Shown here: piece after piece, positions 12,052 to 26,147 of the stretch
Numbering within the stretch: position 1 is the first letter of the stretch
How the letters are laid out: the number at the start of each line of letters is the position of its first letter
Source: Takakia lepidozioides
Taxonomy: Eukaryota; Plantae; Bryophyta
Direction of reading: 5' to 3'
DNA: 64,000 bases
Assembly (NCBI GenBank): GCA_030704615.1
Contig: CM060731.1
Coordinates: 70,680,001 to 70,744,000, forward strand
The notes under the pieces: model-generated
What the model saw: only the letters and a program-made list of their open reading frames with translations
Told to the model about the DNA's origin: nothing
The model's database searches: none
Position numbers and translations under genes: made by a program

Positions 12052-12869
12052 TGTCTTTTGAGGACAAAGGTTTTGGCATTGCTGGTCACTTGTCGTTCAA
12101 TGTTTTGCGTGCGGTGTTGTTGAAGGTAATTTATTCCTGGCGCACTCAATGCCTGGAGCTGCGTCTTAGCACCTGCGATAAGTGACACAGACAATTTTTA
12201 ACGAAGATTTCCCCTCTTGGTAAACTCAATAAAAAGGGCTACTGGCTATAAATGGGAGCTATAAGTTCAGGGCTTCGTGATCTGTAAAGAAATGACTCAT
12301 TGGACACATTGAGCAATCTCATGTTGTATATCAAATTAAAATTTCAATAGGATATATCTTGGTTCTTTTGATGGAATAAGCAGGTAGTGTTCCACAAATA
12401 CAACCAAAACATCGCCTTACAAAAGTCACGTCTTCTCCCTGACTTTGTCCCCTATGCGCCTCTCTCGGTTTTAAGGCATTTGAATTGTTTATTTTTTCTT
12501 CTCTCTAACTTCGTCCCGTATGCATCTCTCTCGGAACTAAAACATTTGAATTGTTTTCTTGACGTTGATGCGGCTCTACAATCATTCATGCTCAATTTCC
12601 AAGGTTCGCATTGCATTCGAACAAGAACCTTGTGTTATGAATAAGGAAATATCATCAAAACCAATCCCCATGTTTTTGTTATTGAATACCAACAACAAAT
12701 TTTGATAGTTTCAATACTTCAGAAAATGTGTAATCTGAAGACATCCCACAGCTAGGTTGCACAAATTGACGTGATGCGACGTGAATATTTCAAAATATTC
12801 AAAGAATAATGACGCAAAATGACGCTAATAGTGGAGTCATGACATGACGCCGATGGGTTTAGTCCTTAA

Positions 12870-13479
12870 CCCTTAAAAGCTCATGGCCCTAGTTTGCCTT
12901 TTTCATAGAAAACGGTGTAACTTTTAGAAAATCCGACTTTTTAAATAAATTGACCGCAAACTATGTGCCCTGTCTTCCTCCTACACCCACCTGCCAATTT
13001 CCAGGGCAATCAGCCCCAGATCCAGAAAACAGCACCGTTGAATGTGGGACCATTATTGGGGACAGAGAGACAACATTTTTTAGCAATTTTTTTAAAATCT
13101 GAGTGACGGGATGAACTCCAATTGAGGCGAGATTTGGCTTCATCCTCTTGGGATCCCTCATCCAACAAGCCAAAAACCATCCAATTTGGCCAACACATCT
13201 ACGGCTGCCACTTGGTCAAACCTAGTCATATCCCTTAATTATAACGTGTGAAGAAATCTTCAGATGAAAAAGACAAAATTCAAAACCTGACCTTGCTTGA
13301 GTGAAGAGACAACTTTGATTTAACTCGAAATTAGGGCAATCAGTTGCCCAATCCTGGTAGTGCACAACATGGGCCACTCGATGGTACTAATTTCATACAA
13401 TTTGAAAACAGATCTGAAAACGCAATTTACGTTTAAGTGAGCCCTCAAACCCGTTTCGGGTCTGTTGGACATTTAAGGA
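12870..13479. mobile_element. Possible non-autonomous TTAA-flanked element
   Basis: TTAA|CCCTTAAAAG... at the left end and ...CATTTAAGGA|TTAA at the right end. Short imperfect TIR only. Confidence 0.3.
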
Positions 13480-15278
13480 TTAATCATTAAAGAGTCATTT
13501 TGTGCAACCTTGTCCGACAATGACAAGAAGCAGTCTTTCTACTAATGAACGAGAAATTCAACACAGTTGCAATGTTAATATTATGTTAGTATTATATTAT
13601 GTGTATATTATGTTAATATACACTTTCTGTAGATTAAGATAGAAAGTGCCAAAAGTAATTTTTGGCTTTCAATACATACTATAAGAAAATAAATTCCATC
13701 ATTTAGGAGATGTATAATGATATATATACATCATTGAAAAAAAAAATTATCATAAGGTGGTTTTGCAAGGGTCATTTTAAAATAAATTGTGAATTTATAA
13801 TTATTGTCAAGTTGTTGTTTTTGTAGTGATACAACTAAACATAAATACAAGCTCTATGTTGCAATGATGTTTAAAATATGTATATAAAAATAATAATAAC
13901 AAGGAAATTACAACACATCAAAGTTTTAGATTTAGAATTAGTCTTTGTGGTAAATATATGAGCATTTTTACTTTTACTTGTTGGCTTTGTTGACATTCAG
14001 AGTAAGTTAATGATAAATTGTATAACTGTTAAGAGAATTACAAAAATTATTTACCTTAAAATCTTCCAACGCAGATGTGTATTAAGTTCATAGGAAATTA
14101 TTTGGATCATCTGCACCACCAATTATATGAAGGCATAGATAGCAAGATCCATATTAATTTGGTTTATTTTTTACCAAATTTTTAGTGACGTGCCAATATG
14201 AGCTCCATGTACATTGTTCTTGTTATACAACAATGCTAATTATTAGAGAATCATTTCCTATTTGATATTGCAACTTTTACATATATTCAGTTCAGAGCAT
14301 ATTAGGTAGATGATTTATAGAAAATAAATCTTGACAAAGTACGTAGGGAACTGTTATATCTACAATAGTTTTGAGCCTAGTTAGAGAAGCATAATATAAA
14401 TATACTATTGAAGTAAGAAATTGTTAACTCCAAAAAATCATATAATATTTAATAGTGAAACGATTCTAATGATGGAAAAAATGAGTTTATTGCATTGAAA
14501 CTAGAAACAAATTACATGGAAAAAAAGAAAAACCAAAAAACATGCATTTGATATTGAAACCACAGTGTCGTTCATATACCTCTTTCAAAACCTTTCTTAG
14601 GCGCCCTCGTCCATGCACAATCAATGAATCATGAGAAAAATGGATCATATTTGAAGCTCAACAAATCATGCAATTCATATCTTATTGCTTTCATTTTTTA
14701 ATAAAAAAAAATGGCTAACATTCATCATTAATTGATTCTACAATATTTTACACTCATTTCACAAATTTGTGTAAAATAAAAACAAGAAAAGTTGTCGCTT
14801 ATGTGTTAACTTTTTGTATGTGTTGATAAATCTACTGATGAAAAATTATTGTGATCCTTAGATACCTTCTTCTTCGGTTTTATAGATATATTTTTACTTC
14901 TTCACTCTTGAAATATTTTACTACCAAAGCGATAAATGATAAAAATTGTATGTCTATAGTATGTTCCTTATAACAACAGAAGAAGAAGAAAAAACATAAC
15001 TGCATATGTAGAATGTTATAGATACAGGTACTTCACATTTCCATGATTATTACCTCTTCATTTTGCGTTTGTTGAAGTGATAGTTGAAGTTGAATGAACT
15101 TAACCTAATCTTGAAATTCCGTGTGTATTATACATAAACTAATATGTATAGATCAATATGTGTTATAAATCATTTTATTGCATTATATATCAAATATCAT
15201 TATGATTTTCTAAATATATATGATTTTTATAATTATATCATAATATTTCATCTCATTTAAAAATTTATAATATTAATC

Positions 15279-15564
15279 GTCTCTCATTTTACAATAATAG
15301 GGTCATGAATGCAAGCGTGCGAGAAGGACGGTGGGCCTGTCGTTTGGACGAGGGGCGCCCCCCCCCACCCGCGCCCACCTGCCCGCCGCTGCAAGCGGTC
15401 GCCCACGCCCGCCCCTGCTGCCGCGACTGCCCCACCCGGGGTCCGTCCCCCGGCCGCTCCGCTGGGGAGTGTCCGCTCCCACTAGTCTGCTGGGGCTAGT
15501 CCGTTTCCGCCGCAAGATTTGGGCTGTCCATGACAAATCCCATCCCAACCCTCCAATTTAGGGC
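15279..15564 (+). repeat. Left TIR of MULE
   Basis: Reverse complement of 40347-40619, e.g. CTCTCATTT(T/C)ACAATAATAGGGTCATGAATGCAAGCGTGCGAGAAGGACGGTGGGCC. Confidence 0.95.
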
Positions 15565-15758
15565 AGCATGCCACGCCTTATCTCTGCTGTCTGTTAAAGA
15601 TATGGTGAAAACATTCTATGACGCAACCGAAGTAGCCATTGAAGGGGTGACCTTGACAGTTGCAAACGTGCGTCCTGTTTCTCCGTGCACGTTCTCTATC
15701 TTGTCTTGCGGCGCTTTTGTTGCAGGTTCTGGAGCGTGTGTTTTGCACTGTACAGGGC

Positions 15759-18700
15759 ATGGACGTAGGAGCGGAAGACGACGACATGCAACAATTTGAG
15801 AGCCGTCTTATACGCCCTCTTCGACAAAGTTTGCAAACTCCAAAACCAGGACCTTTCAACAATAAAGACCTCCATTGGAAGTGTGAAATGCAATATGGGT
15901 TTGGGGGGGGGGTGCAAATGCGTGTTAAAAAAGCTTGCATACCTTGGGATAGAGTTGCGGACTTCGTCCATGGAGAGGAGAGTGTGGAGGACTGCCCCAC
16001 TCAGTATTGGGTACATGTGCACAGTAAAGTGGACGCCGGAGTGCGGAAAGATCTCAGAGGGAACACCTTCTTGAGCAGTATCATGTGTGCACCATCCTCA
16101 TTGTGGTTTAGGGATTTCACTGCATTGTTGTTGTGATTTGTATTTGTCTCCCACTGTGGCTTCCATAAATCCATAGGTTGAGATTTTGAATTCCATTTGG
16201 CAGATATCAATGTTGCTACGGACCCGACAACAAGCGCACGGTCAATGCAACTGTCGAGGATCCAAAACAAAAGCGTGGAGGTCCGGATGTGGGTGCTGGC
16301 ACTAAACACCCGCATAAAGGCCCAAGAAGGAAGAAGTCAGACTATGGAGAGTCGTACAAGCGCAGGTGCCTTTGTTGTTTCAAAGTGCAGCAATCCTATC
16401 TTGCTCCGGACATTTGTGTCCTCACATACTACAACAACATGCAGCATGTGGATGCCCTAGGGAAACCCTCTCATGGCAAGACCGAAGAGTTCAGGAACAC
16501 ACGGGCGGGCTACGCACCCCACATTAGCGAGGAATTGAAAGCTTGGGTCGTTGAGTGTTTGTGCCGAGGCCGAACAGCTCCCCACTCTTTGGTCGCTTTC
16601 CGGCTCGCTCGCTTACTCACTAGTTTTTGGTCACCAACGGGCTTGCACCGTTCTCGGGGTCGCTACTCCCCTTATATATACTTCTGTAGCTGTCCGCGGG
16701 GGTTTCACAACCAGCCATGCCATTTTATGGCGAACCACCACGAAAACCCTCAATTGGTATACATACCTATTGTAGTTGGAAAGCCTACACCATATAAATT
16801 TAGATGAAATCAAATCATGATGGAACACAAGGAGCACGTCATGAACAACACAGGTTTGGGAGATGCATGGACACGTGATGATTTCTTCCTCGAGCAAGAT
16901 GTCTGCAACCTGACTGAGAAATGGGCATGGCAGACGTTCAAAAAGCATGCCAACGATGCCGACAGCGTCCGCATGTGGAAAGACCAAAACCCCGCGTCAG
17001 TCTTTTCTATCGAGAAGAAACATTGGCGCCAACCTTCGCGCATTACGATGGAGATTTGACATTCACTATTGGCATTCAAACTGAGTGGCAAAAGCAGAGA
17101 ATGCTTCAATTGGGACATGCGCGCATCGTTGCATGCGATGCAACCTTCGGGACAAATCACCACAAGGTACGATTCATCCCTCTTACCATTTATGCGCATC
17201 AATTGTTCGTACGATGTTGCACATTGGAACCAACTGACGTAGTGACATAGTGCATCTGAACAGTTCCCATTGTACACGTTGATGGTTTTCGACAAGTGGC
17301 TGAACGGTATACCAGTTGTGTACATCATATCCGCTAGGAACCGGACAACAAACTTGGTGCCGTGGATGACAGCATTGCATGACCGACTCCAAGCAGATAT
17401 GCCGACCTGGCGACCCAATGCCTTCATTGTCGATGATGCGGACGCTGAAATAAACGCTATTAGGTGAGTCTCTCATACCCCAACAGACATCCACTGTCGA
17501 AGTCCGCTGTCATGCAAGTGTCGTCATAGTCTGCTTTGGTTTACTCCCCTGGCAGACTCGTCTGCTGCGCCAGTTCCCTGGTAGACTCGCATGCACGAGT
17601 CCGCTGCACACTCGTGTGGGCGAGTCTGACTCGCCCGACCAAGTCCGCTGGTAGACTCGCCTGACCGAGTCCGCTTGCAGGCTCGCGTAGGTGTGTCTGC
17701 TGGCACACTCAACGGGCCAAGTCCGCCAGAAGACTCGTGGGGGCGAGTCCGCTGGAACACTCCATGGGTCTACTGGCAGACTTGGGAGGGAAGGTCGGCC
17801 CGCAAGACCCGCAGGCAGTGTCTTACCACCAAGTCCGTTTACGGGTTAGTGTGGAGTCTGTTGGAGGTCTCCAGTATACTCGGTTAGTGTCCACCGACAA
17901 TGGGGAGGTTCCCTCTGAAGTGCCTGATGTGAATGTATTATGTGCAGGGTTGTTTTCAAACGAGTCATCATTTTCCTGTGCCTTTGGCATGTCCGCAAGG
18001 CATGGGTAAAGCAATCAATTCAGAAGACCAAAGATCCCGTCACTGCAGCAAACGTGTTGAAGGATATGGGAGACCTCATGTATTGTAGAGGACCAAGCGA
18101 TCCCAAAAAAACGCTTGTCTGGCTTGCCCAAACAATCAGGGACATGAGAAAGAAATATCGGAATGACTGGGAATTTTTAAAGTACATCGACAAAGAATGG
18201 TCTCCTAAAATAGCAATGTGGTGTACTGATGCTCGCCATGTTCCACATGTCAGTCAAGACACAAATGCTAGCATTGAGGCATACCATGGAAACTTGAAGA
18301 CTAGACTGAGGATGGGGAAAGGCAAAATGACTGGTCGAAGAATCAATTGGCTAATATGGGAACTCGCAGGCCGTGTGCTCACACACTACTGGTACGCAAT
18401 TCATTTGAAGATGCATGGATTCATACGGAATGACAAACAGGAAAAGTACATATCTAGCTCTGTGCTAGCAGCCAGAGACATTCCAGCAAGCAATGTGACT
18501 CTGTCGTTGGTGGAAGGACAACCAGCGTATGTGCTCAGCAGCAATCACCCGGACACAACCTACATTGTTTACAACCCTGGATCAGATTGGGCTTCTTGCA
18601 CTTGCCCATGGGCAATAAAAGGCAATTTGTGCAAACACCAAGTGAAAGTGCTCAAGTTGCTTCATCCTGACTTGCAGGATGGACTCATAGTGCGTGCATG

Positions 18701-19184
18701 TGGCACGGCGCTCGGAACCATACATGGAGGATTGCATAATCTGATGTTGGATGACACGATTGCCGCCAGGAAGGTAGGTGCGATGGACAGACCTGTGGAG
18801 GACTGTGATTTCGCATCCCCCGAGGAGCCTGTCTACGTCCCACTGACTACGGCCGAAGAATGGTCAGATATACTTCGTATTGTGGGTGATGACAAGTACC
18901 TCAAGACACATGTGCTGTCGTGCCTTCGAATCTGTAGAGGGCAGCTTATTGATATCTTGGCCAAAAGTGCTGCTGGGATGCTACATCCTCGTGCAGCAAA
19001 ACCTTTCCGACCTGTTGACGACAATAATAATATGTCTCTGAAGAAAAAAAAAATCGTCGAAGCATGGGAAACCCAACCCAGAGTTTTGCAGAGAACGCGC
19101 AATAGGGTGTATGCCCCAACACTTGCGACGCAAATATACTCTAGAATTGTTAAGGTTTCAAACCGTTTTACAGGACCCAAGTAG
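15759..19184 (+). pseudogene. MULE DDE transposase with SWIM zinc finger (multi-exon, disrupted)
   Basis: IVACDATFGTN, FPLYTLMVFD..NGIPV, FIVDDADAEINA, CLWHVRKAW (CxxH), DTNASIEAYHGNLK and SWIM CTCPWAIKGNLCKH. GT-AG introns at ~16086-16203, ~17167-17263 and ~17464-17948. Frameshifts and a ~230-bp insertion at ~16578-16808. Confidence 0.92.
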
Positions 19185-19802
19185 ACAGCATACTCGACAC
19201 AGCAAAACAATGTTATGCCATCATATTCCATGCAGAGAAATAAAGACTGGTCCATCATCTGTTTGCGTGTGCATACATGTTTGCATCATGAACAGCCTAG
19301 AATTGCAGTCCATCAGACCTCAGAACGCTCCACTGTCAAATTGCGGAAGACTAGTCACTCTACTCAACAGACCGCGCAAATTGCCAAACAGACTACTCAA
19401 CAGACTGCACAACTTCAAAAAAACACTGACAAGTCTGCTGATGGTTTTCGGCTAATTCAGACACAAAGCATTCTTCTGCTCAATACACTGCGTAGTCTGC
19501 TAAATACTCCACCCGACAGACATACACTATGGACAGACTTGGTGGTCTTCTGCATTGTCCACCGAACTGCTCCCACCGAGTGTAGTCGCCTCAACACGGA
19601 GCCCAACTACACCGGCATACACTATGTACCAAACTGTCATCCAGTCTGCCGAGCAGACTGCTCAGCGGCCAGCAGACTGGTCAGTACACTGCTCAGCGGC
19701 GGCAGACTGGTCAGACTGTCGTAGTCTGCTTACAGTAGTTAACAGTTGAACCAAGTAGTCTGCTGAAGTGACAACGTAGGGTTTAGGGTTTTGTATTCAA
19801 AG

Positions 19803-22800
19803 TTATCTGTATTGTTCGTCCATTGTACGGCTGCTTATGACGCACATGCATAGGTGGGGACAGTATGAGTGCATGTGGGCCTTCATCTCAGAAGATATTA
19901 CAAACATTGGGACTAACGACATGGAATGTGAATTGAAACAACAATGAATGTGTATATTTATTTCCTCGAGTGAGCATGAGTTTTTTGCATCGTTCAAACC
20001 ACGGCGGATATACTTTACACACTGCAATCGCTGCAGCAACGGAAACCTGAAATTAAACCACCTTGGGGTGCAGGCTTGTCCTCTCTATTTGGTTTTCTGC
20101 CTATTGTCTTTCAGCCAGTCATAATACCCTTCAATGAAAGACATCACATGAAACCCACACTCCCAACTGAAAGGTTGTTGGGGCACTTCGGGAGCGTTGA
20201 ATTGAAATGGCATAACTTCATCCCACTTTGGAGTCCCAACAGCATATCCAAAGCACCCTGCACGCACCTTCCGAATCCAACCAAGGAGTTGTACGCAAGT
20301 ATGTAGTCCCCTTCGGGAGTTCAAGTGGGTATAGGCGCCTTTCCTTAGGTCGATGATAATGACACTCCAGTGCCCCCTTCAATGGAAAAATTAACATGCC
20401 CGATGATTTAATTAGTCCCAAACCCCAACAGACTTTGCAAACCAACAGTCCAACAGTCCAACAAACTCGACTGTCCAAATGACCAAGTGTCCAACAGACT
20501 CAGCACTCCAACAGACTAAGTAATCCAACGGACCATGAGTCCAGTAGACCAAAAGTCCAACAGAGCAGGAGTCCAACAAAGCAAGAGTCCAACAGACCAT
20601 GACGTCGAGCCAATATTCAGCAGACTCCAAAAAGGGAACAAGTCTGTCGGGTTTTACCTTTGAAAGACTGGCACCAATATATGAGTACAGTCTTTAATGT
20701 CTTTGCCAAGTCACGCAGGAGTCAAGGCACCATAAAGGTTTGCCACCAAGGTTTTGCGTGGGGCTGTGTCGAAAGTCTGGAAAACAAACCTGGTCCACGT
20801 CGACGTTGGTTAAAGAGCGAAGTGCCATACGTCCTCGAGTCCAGGGAGTTGATCTCGAAGAAACGACACCAGACCTCCAAAGTCTGGCTCTCTGACTCAA
20901 CTAGGTTCAGTGCTTTCATGTCTTCCGGCGCAATGCCACATCGGAACTGCGAGTCTCCTTCGAAAAAGTACATCATGCTATTCCCAGCGGCTATATGTAC
21001 GGACATCAATCGCCACATACGACTTTCAATCCTGCACATACAGGCAGACCCGCCAACAGACCACTCATTCCACAAAGTCCAAAAACAGAAGTCTGATGCA
21101 GGGTCTTAGCAAACCGATCAAGAGACTTGACATTCCACAAAGTCCAAAGATACAAGTTGACTGCAGAGTCCTAGCAGACCGACCAACAGACCTGACATTC
21201 GACAAAGTCCAAAAGCACAAGACTGTAGCACAGTCAAAGCAGACCGAGCACAATCCTCTAAAAAATGCAGAAAAAGGCTGCGGTATAAGCAGAGCTAGCA
21301 GACTGCCAGAAGATACGACAGACCCAGGCAACTTTAAAAGAACACGACCGAGCAGCAGACCACGTATGACTTACTTCTTCGACTTAAGTAACTCTGCCAC
21401 CTCTTGTCCATGTCCAAACACAATCGGCGGTCTTTGTTCATAAACACATCAGACTTGTCTTTCTTGGCTGGTCTCTTTTGAACATGACCTTCTCCAGTCT
21501 CCTTGACCGCCTCAACGACCGGGCGTTTTCTGGCTTTTCCTCTTTCTGCTAGCACGGAGGTGCTCTCCACCTCAATGCCCGGGACGACTTGCCCAGACTA
21601 TCGCAATATTGCAGCTCTGTTGCGTAGCAGAAGACTGTCAGGAGGTTTGTTGACACTTGCCAGTCCAGTCCTCGCAGCCTCATGAATGACATGCATTGAA
21701 CTAACACGAGAATCAGGCAGTGTCAACAGGCAAAATTTGTCTGCGGGCATCCTCCACTGACGCCTCATGGAAAGTCTCTTGGGCACACATCTGGGCTGGC
21801 TCTACTGGAGTCTGCTGGAACGACTGTTGAGCAGCCGCCTTGGATGGGTCAACTGTAGTTTCCCCAATAATCTATTGGGCATACTCTGGAGAAGTCTCTT
21901 GGGAAGACTCATGTGCAGTCTTCTGTTTAGTTTGCTGGGGAGTGTCTGCTGCAGTTACCCGGGCAGACTGATGCGCAGTCTGGTGGGCAGGGTTTGCTAC
22001 AGTCTTCAGGGCAGACTCATACGCAGACTGCTAGGCAATCACCTGGGCGGAGTCTTGTGCAGCCTGCTGAGCAGATTTGTGTGTAGTCTCCTGGGCAGAG
22101 TATTCTGGAGTCTGCTGTAGAGATCCTTAGACGCAGGAGCAGACTCATGGGCAGTCTTGCGGGACTTTGTTGGGCGTGGGAGGAGTCATGTGCAGTCTCC
22201 GAGGTAATGTCATTGGCAGACTCCGAGACAATGTCATCTGCACTTGTGTCGTTGTTCGCCCCCACTGCAGTCTCCTGCCTAGTCTGTTGGACACCTCCCC
22301 GCACAGTCTGCTGGACAGTCTCCTGCCCATTATCCCGGTTAGTCCCCTCGTGGCAAGTCTCCTGGGCAGTGTCCCCTATACCCTGCTGGACAGTCTCCTG
22401 GGGAGTGCACTCTACAGTGTCCAAGGCAATCTCCTCTCTAGTCGTCCCTACACTCTCATTGGCAGTCTTGTTAGTCTGCTGCTTGTCCTGCTCTACCATA
22501 CGGTGGTTCTGGTCTTGTAGGCGCACCAGCAGACTATCAATTTCACCATCAAGTAAGTTGTGAGGGTCTACTGACATAACAGACTCGGGGTTGAAAGAGA
22601 TGGGAGAGGTGCAATCAGAGACATGTAAGGCCGGGTTGCTGGACTTCCCTCATCAGATTCTGCTGTACGGTCTATGATGCGGTTTACTGGTCTACAGGTC
22701 AGTTCGCTCACTTCAAATTTATCGATGACTCTCGCTAGTGAACGAACGAAGACGAGACTAAGCTCAAATGTCATACTTGGCACGCTACGGGATGATGGAT

Positions 22801-23420
22801 ACGGGGGATTTACCGAGGTCATAGTTATATCGTGTGGGCCAAAGTGTGTGTGTGAACTTATCTGGCGAGGGAAAGTTGATTCTGGCACCATTGACAAAGG
22901 GTCGGCAGACATTAAAAAGTTGGGTTGGGCAGACGAGGTCCGTTTAAATTGGGTCAAATGCTCAGATATCCACTGCTGGTCAGGCTGTTGAATGTGCCAC
23001 TGTCCCATCATAATAGACTCAGCAGCAAATGCTGTGGGCAAATCGTGGAGGACACTCTGTGGAGGGTACTGTTCAGCAGACTCCATGGAGGTCTGCCGTG
23101 AGTTCTGCTGGGACTGCTGGTATGCAATGGGAGAGTCTGTTTGTGAGTCTCCTAGTCACAGGCGTCTCGAAACTGTCCGGCAGTCTGCTGATTTTCCAAG
23201 GCAGTCTGCTGAATTTCATGTTCTGTCTGCTCAATTTCCATGCCGATCTGCTGAGACTCCACACTAGTCTGCTGAGACTGCATAATAATCTACTGAAAGT
23301 CCACGCCAGTCTACTGAGACCTCCCCCCAGCCTGCCGAACCTCCCCTGCTCTCTGCTGGACCTGGTCAGCCTTACGGTTAGTCCCTTCATTTTCATGACC
23401 CTGCACAGCCAGGACAATCT
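19803..23420 (-). pseudogene. Ulp1-like (peptidase C48, SUMO protease) gene of the MULE with a long low-complexity N-terminal region
   Basis: 20085-20400 reads (G)HWSVIIIDLRKGAYTHLNS...VPQQPFSWECGFHVMSFI, matching the His/Asx/Gln/Cys pattern of C48. The upstream ORF pieces (21334-23417) are acidic/Gln-rich, and linking them to this gene is inference. Confidence 0.75.
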
Positions 23421-23640
23421 CTTGTGCCCTAGTTATCATTCCTAACGTGACGTGGCGCTGACACATCGGCCGTCATGTCCGACGTGCGTCACGTCACGTC
23501 GAATCCGTACGTTTATCCATGTAATATTTTTTAAATTTTGACTTTTACGATTTACTTCTACCATTTGTAATGACATGGCAGCCACGGTGTACAACAGACG
23601 TGGCCAATTATTAATATTTATTAATTTCTTTTAGAAAATA

Positions 23641-24330
23641 CATCCGCCTATATTGGCGGTCGCATATAATTTTTTATTTTTTAAATGAAGCGACCTTACA
23701 TATTGGTAGTCACTTGTGATTTAACATTTTGTTAAATTAAGCAACCGCATATATTGGCGGTCGCCGGTAATTTATTAATTTTTAAATGAAGCGACCGCCC
23801 AGATTGGCGGTCGCTCATACTTTATTATATTATTATTATTATATCTTTGATATATTTTGAAAAAATACAACGACCGCCATGTGGCGGTCGCTATATATAT
23901 TTTTTAAATTTAGCGCCGCCATTTAGCAGCGGTCGCTTATTTTTATTTGTATTCTTAAATGAAGCGACCGCCGTTTGTCTGTCCATTCTTCAGTAAATTT
24001 TTGAAAAATGCAGCGACCGCCATTTTGCGGCCGTCGCTATTTTTGTTAATAAACAATACAGCGACCGCCATTTGGAATTGGAGGCAGTCGCTCGATTTGA
24101 TTTTGATTCTTAAATTAAGCGACCGCCGTTTGGCGGTCGCTTACTTAATTTTTTTTTTTAAATGAAGCGACCGCCATTTAGCGGCGGTCGCTTATTTTTA
24201 TTTTGAATCTTGAATTAAGCTACCGCCAGTCGGTGGTCGCTTATTTAATATATATATATTTTAAAACAGCGACCGCCATGCAGCGGTCGCGAGGTTTTTT
24301 TTTTTTTAAAGAAATCCAAGGACCCGCCGT
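23641..24330. repeat. Array of ~13 palindromic GCGACCGCC-N(3-10)-GGCGGTCGC units with AT-rich spacers (~50-bp period)
   Basis: Examples at 23791, 23871, 24013, 24061, 24119, 24167 and 24269. Confidence 0.9.
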
Positions 24331-24610
24331 GTGGCATTTTGTTTTAAAAAAAAATCATGAAGCGGCGTCTGGCCAGCCACGTGGCAAGGTGCCGCGGGTC
24401 AGGAAAAACGAAACAAATAGGATGAGAGGAGGTGATTTTAAACATTTGACCTCTCCCTCTTCAATCATCGTATCACCATTTTGCCGTTTTCGGATCTTCG
24501 GCGACCTGCTTTTTGCAGAAACTACGAAGACACCATCCACACGCGTCCATTGCCGTTTTCTGAGGTTTTGTCCCCTGTAGTGGACAAAGGTTTATACAAT
24601 ATCGAGGGTT

Positions 24611-26061
24611 GTGAATTCAAGTTCTGGGGCGGGGTTGTCTGGGGGTTGGAGGAAGAGAAAACGTGCCCATGAGCGGGATAGCCACGTCAACAAGCCAGAC
24701 TACCCAGGACCGGATGCCTTGGATATGGTGAAAGAAGCGGTAGTGAATTATTTCAAAGGTAGAGACATGATGAGGCTGGAGAGTGCTTATGTCAGGCACG
24801 GATGGGAGGGGTTTCAGATTTTCCAGCAAAATATGGAGAGGAAAATGACAAACGCTTTGGCGGGGGTTAAATGGACGGCGAACAGGGACAAACCGAAGTT
24901 CAATCGGTGGATCCAAAGCAGGGCGAAAGACAACACGTGGAATTTGAGGCAGCTAATGAAGACATGGAAGGGTAGAACAACCAAGGGTTGAGTGCTCTCC
25001 GCCGAAGCTGAGTTAATGCAGCATGTTGAGTTTTGGGCTTACTCGGCAAGTCAGAATTCACATCGCCGGATTAGGGTTGTCCCTTGGAAGGAGGGGTCAT
25101 CGGGCGGGGGAGGCACAACTGGTCTTTATTACCTGAACTCTACTGTGAAGGTGGTAGAGATTGGCCCTTACAAAGAAGGAGGGTATGCTAAGGTCCGTCA
25201 GTGTAGGATTGTTGGCAATTCTAGAATACCGGAGCGTTGGGAGCTAGTGGGAAAAAAACCCAAGTCCAAAAATCCAGAAAATGCGTTGAGACAACATAAC
25301 GACGAGTGTTTGGCAGTGAAGTTCTAGTATCCGGGTGTTATCTCATATTTTGCTGTGAATGCACGTGAGCTAGAGGGTTACACTTGCTGGTGGAATGGAA
25401 GGACAATACGCGACATGGTGAACCTTGACAGAAAATGGGGCAACGATTCGGACAATAGGGTGATTTTGAAACAAAAGGGAACGGAAGCAGAGTTCCAGGA
25501 ATGCGATCGCTTGCTTCGTTTCCGGAAAGTGCGCAGTAAACTTGCATGGGCACTGGTGTGCATCATGGATGTTGTCCACAAGAAAGATGTCATGCACAAC
25601 GACTTGTCCCCCGACAACATCTTGTTGCATTTTCCAGATGACACCAAGGAGATCAAGATTGGGGTGTGTGATTGGGGCTTAGCCACCCCATTGGGCATAT
25701 GCAAAGCCTCGCCGTACCAGTTTGAAAACCAAGACAAGCTGGACCGAGATCTTGCGAAAAGATGGTGGGTGGAAAAAGATATTGCATCGGTTTTCAATAC
25801 GAATGCCACGCACCCCCCCCCCATGACATGACGTTGGAGGCCTTTGCCGTTGGAAAGATAGCGGTACGAATAAATGGCGGCGCTCATTATGATCAAAGTA
25901 TGTTCGAGGACCAATTTACGGGAGGTTGTTGGCATTCAATGCTACAAAGATTGTACGACAACAACAAGAATGAGATAGTCAAATTAGCCCATGTAGTACT
26001 TCAATTCAGGGGCAAGCCCTTCAATTGGCCTGAGCCGAAAGACGTATATAGGACGGAGTAG
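24611..26061 (+). pseudogene. Intronless Ser/Thr-type protein kinase
   Basis: One frame from 24611 to ~25820 is interrupted only by TGA (24989) and TAG (25325), then frameshifts in a C-run (~25815). Motifs: EGGYAKV, LVGKK, HNDLSPDNILL, VCDWGLA, AFAVGKIA. Confidence 0.85.
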
Positions 26062-26147
26062 ACCATAGTTTCGTAGATATGAGATTTGTTGCGGTATAAT
26101 GGTTCTTTTATGAAGACATAACTTAATTTTGATCGTGCATGTAATAC

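Noticed and set aside
21767-23445. Plus-strand Leu/Ser-rich ORFs
   Set aside because: Shadow frames produced by AGTCTGCT repeats. The minus strand gives the more protein-like reading.
23641-24330. CRISPR-like repeat/spacer array
   Set aside because: Eukaryotic context, degenerate repeats with variable loop length, low-complexity A/T spacers and no cas genes. Better explained as a transposon subterminal or binding-site array.
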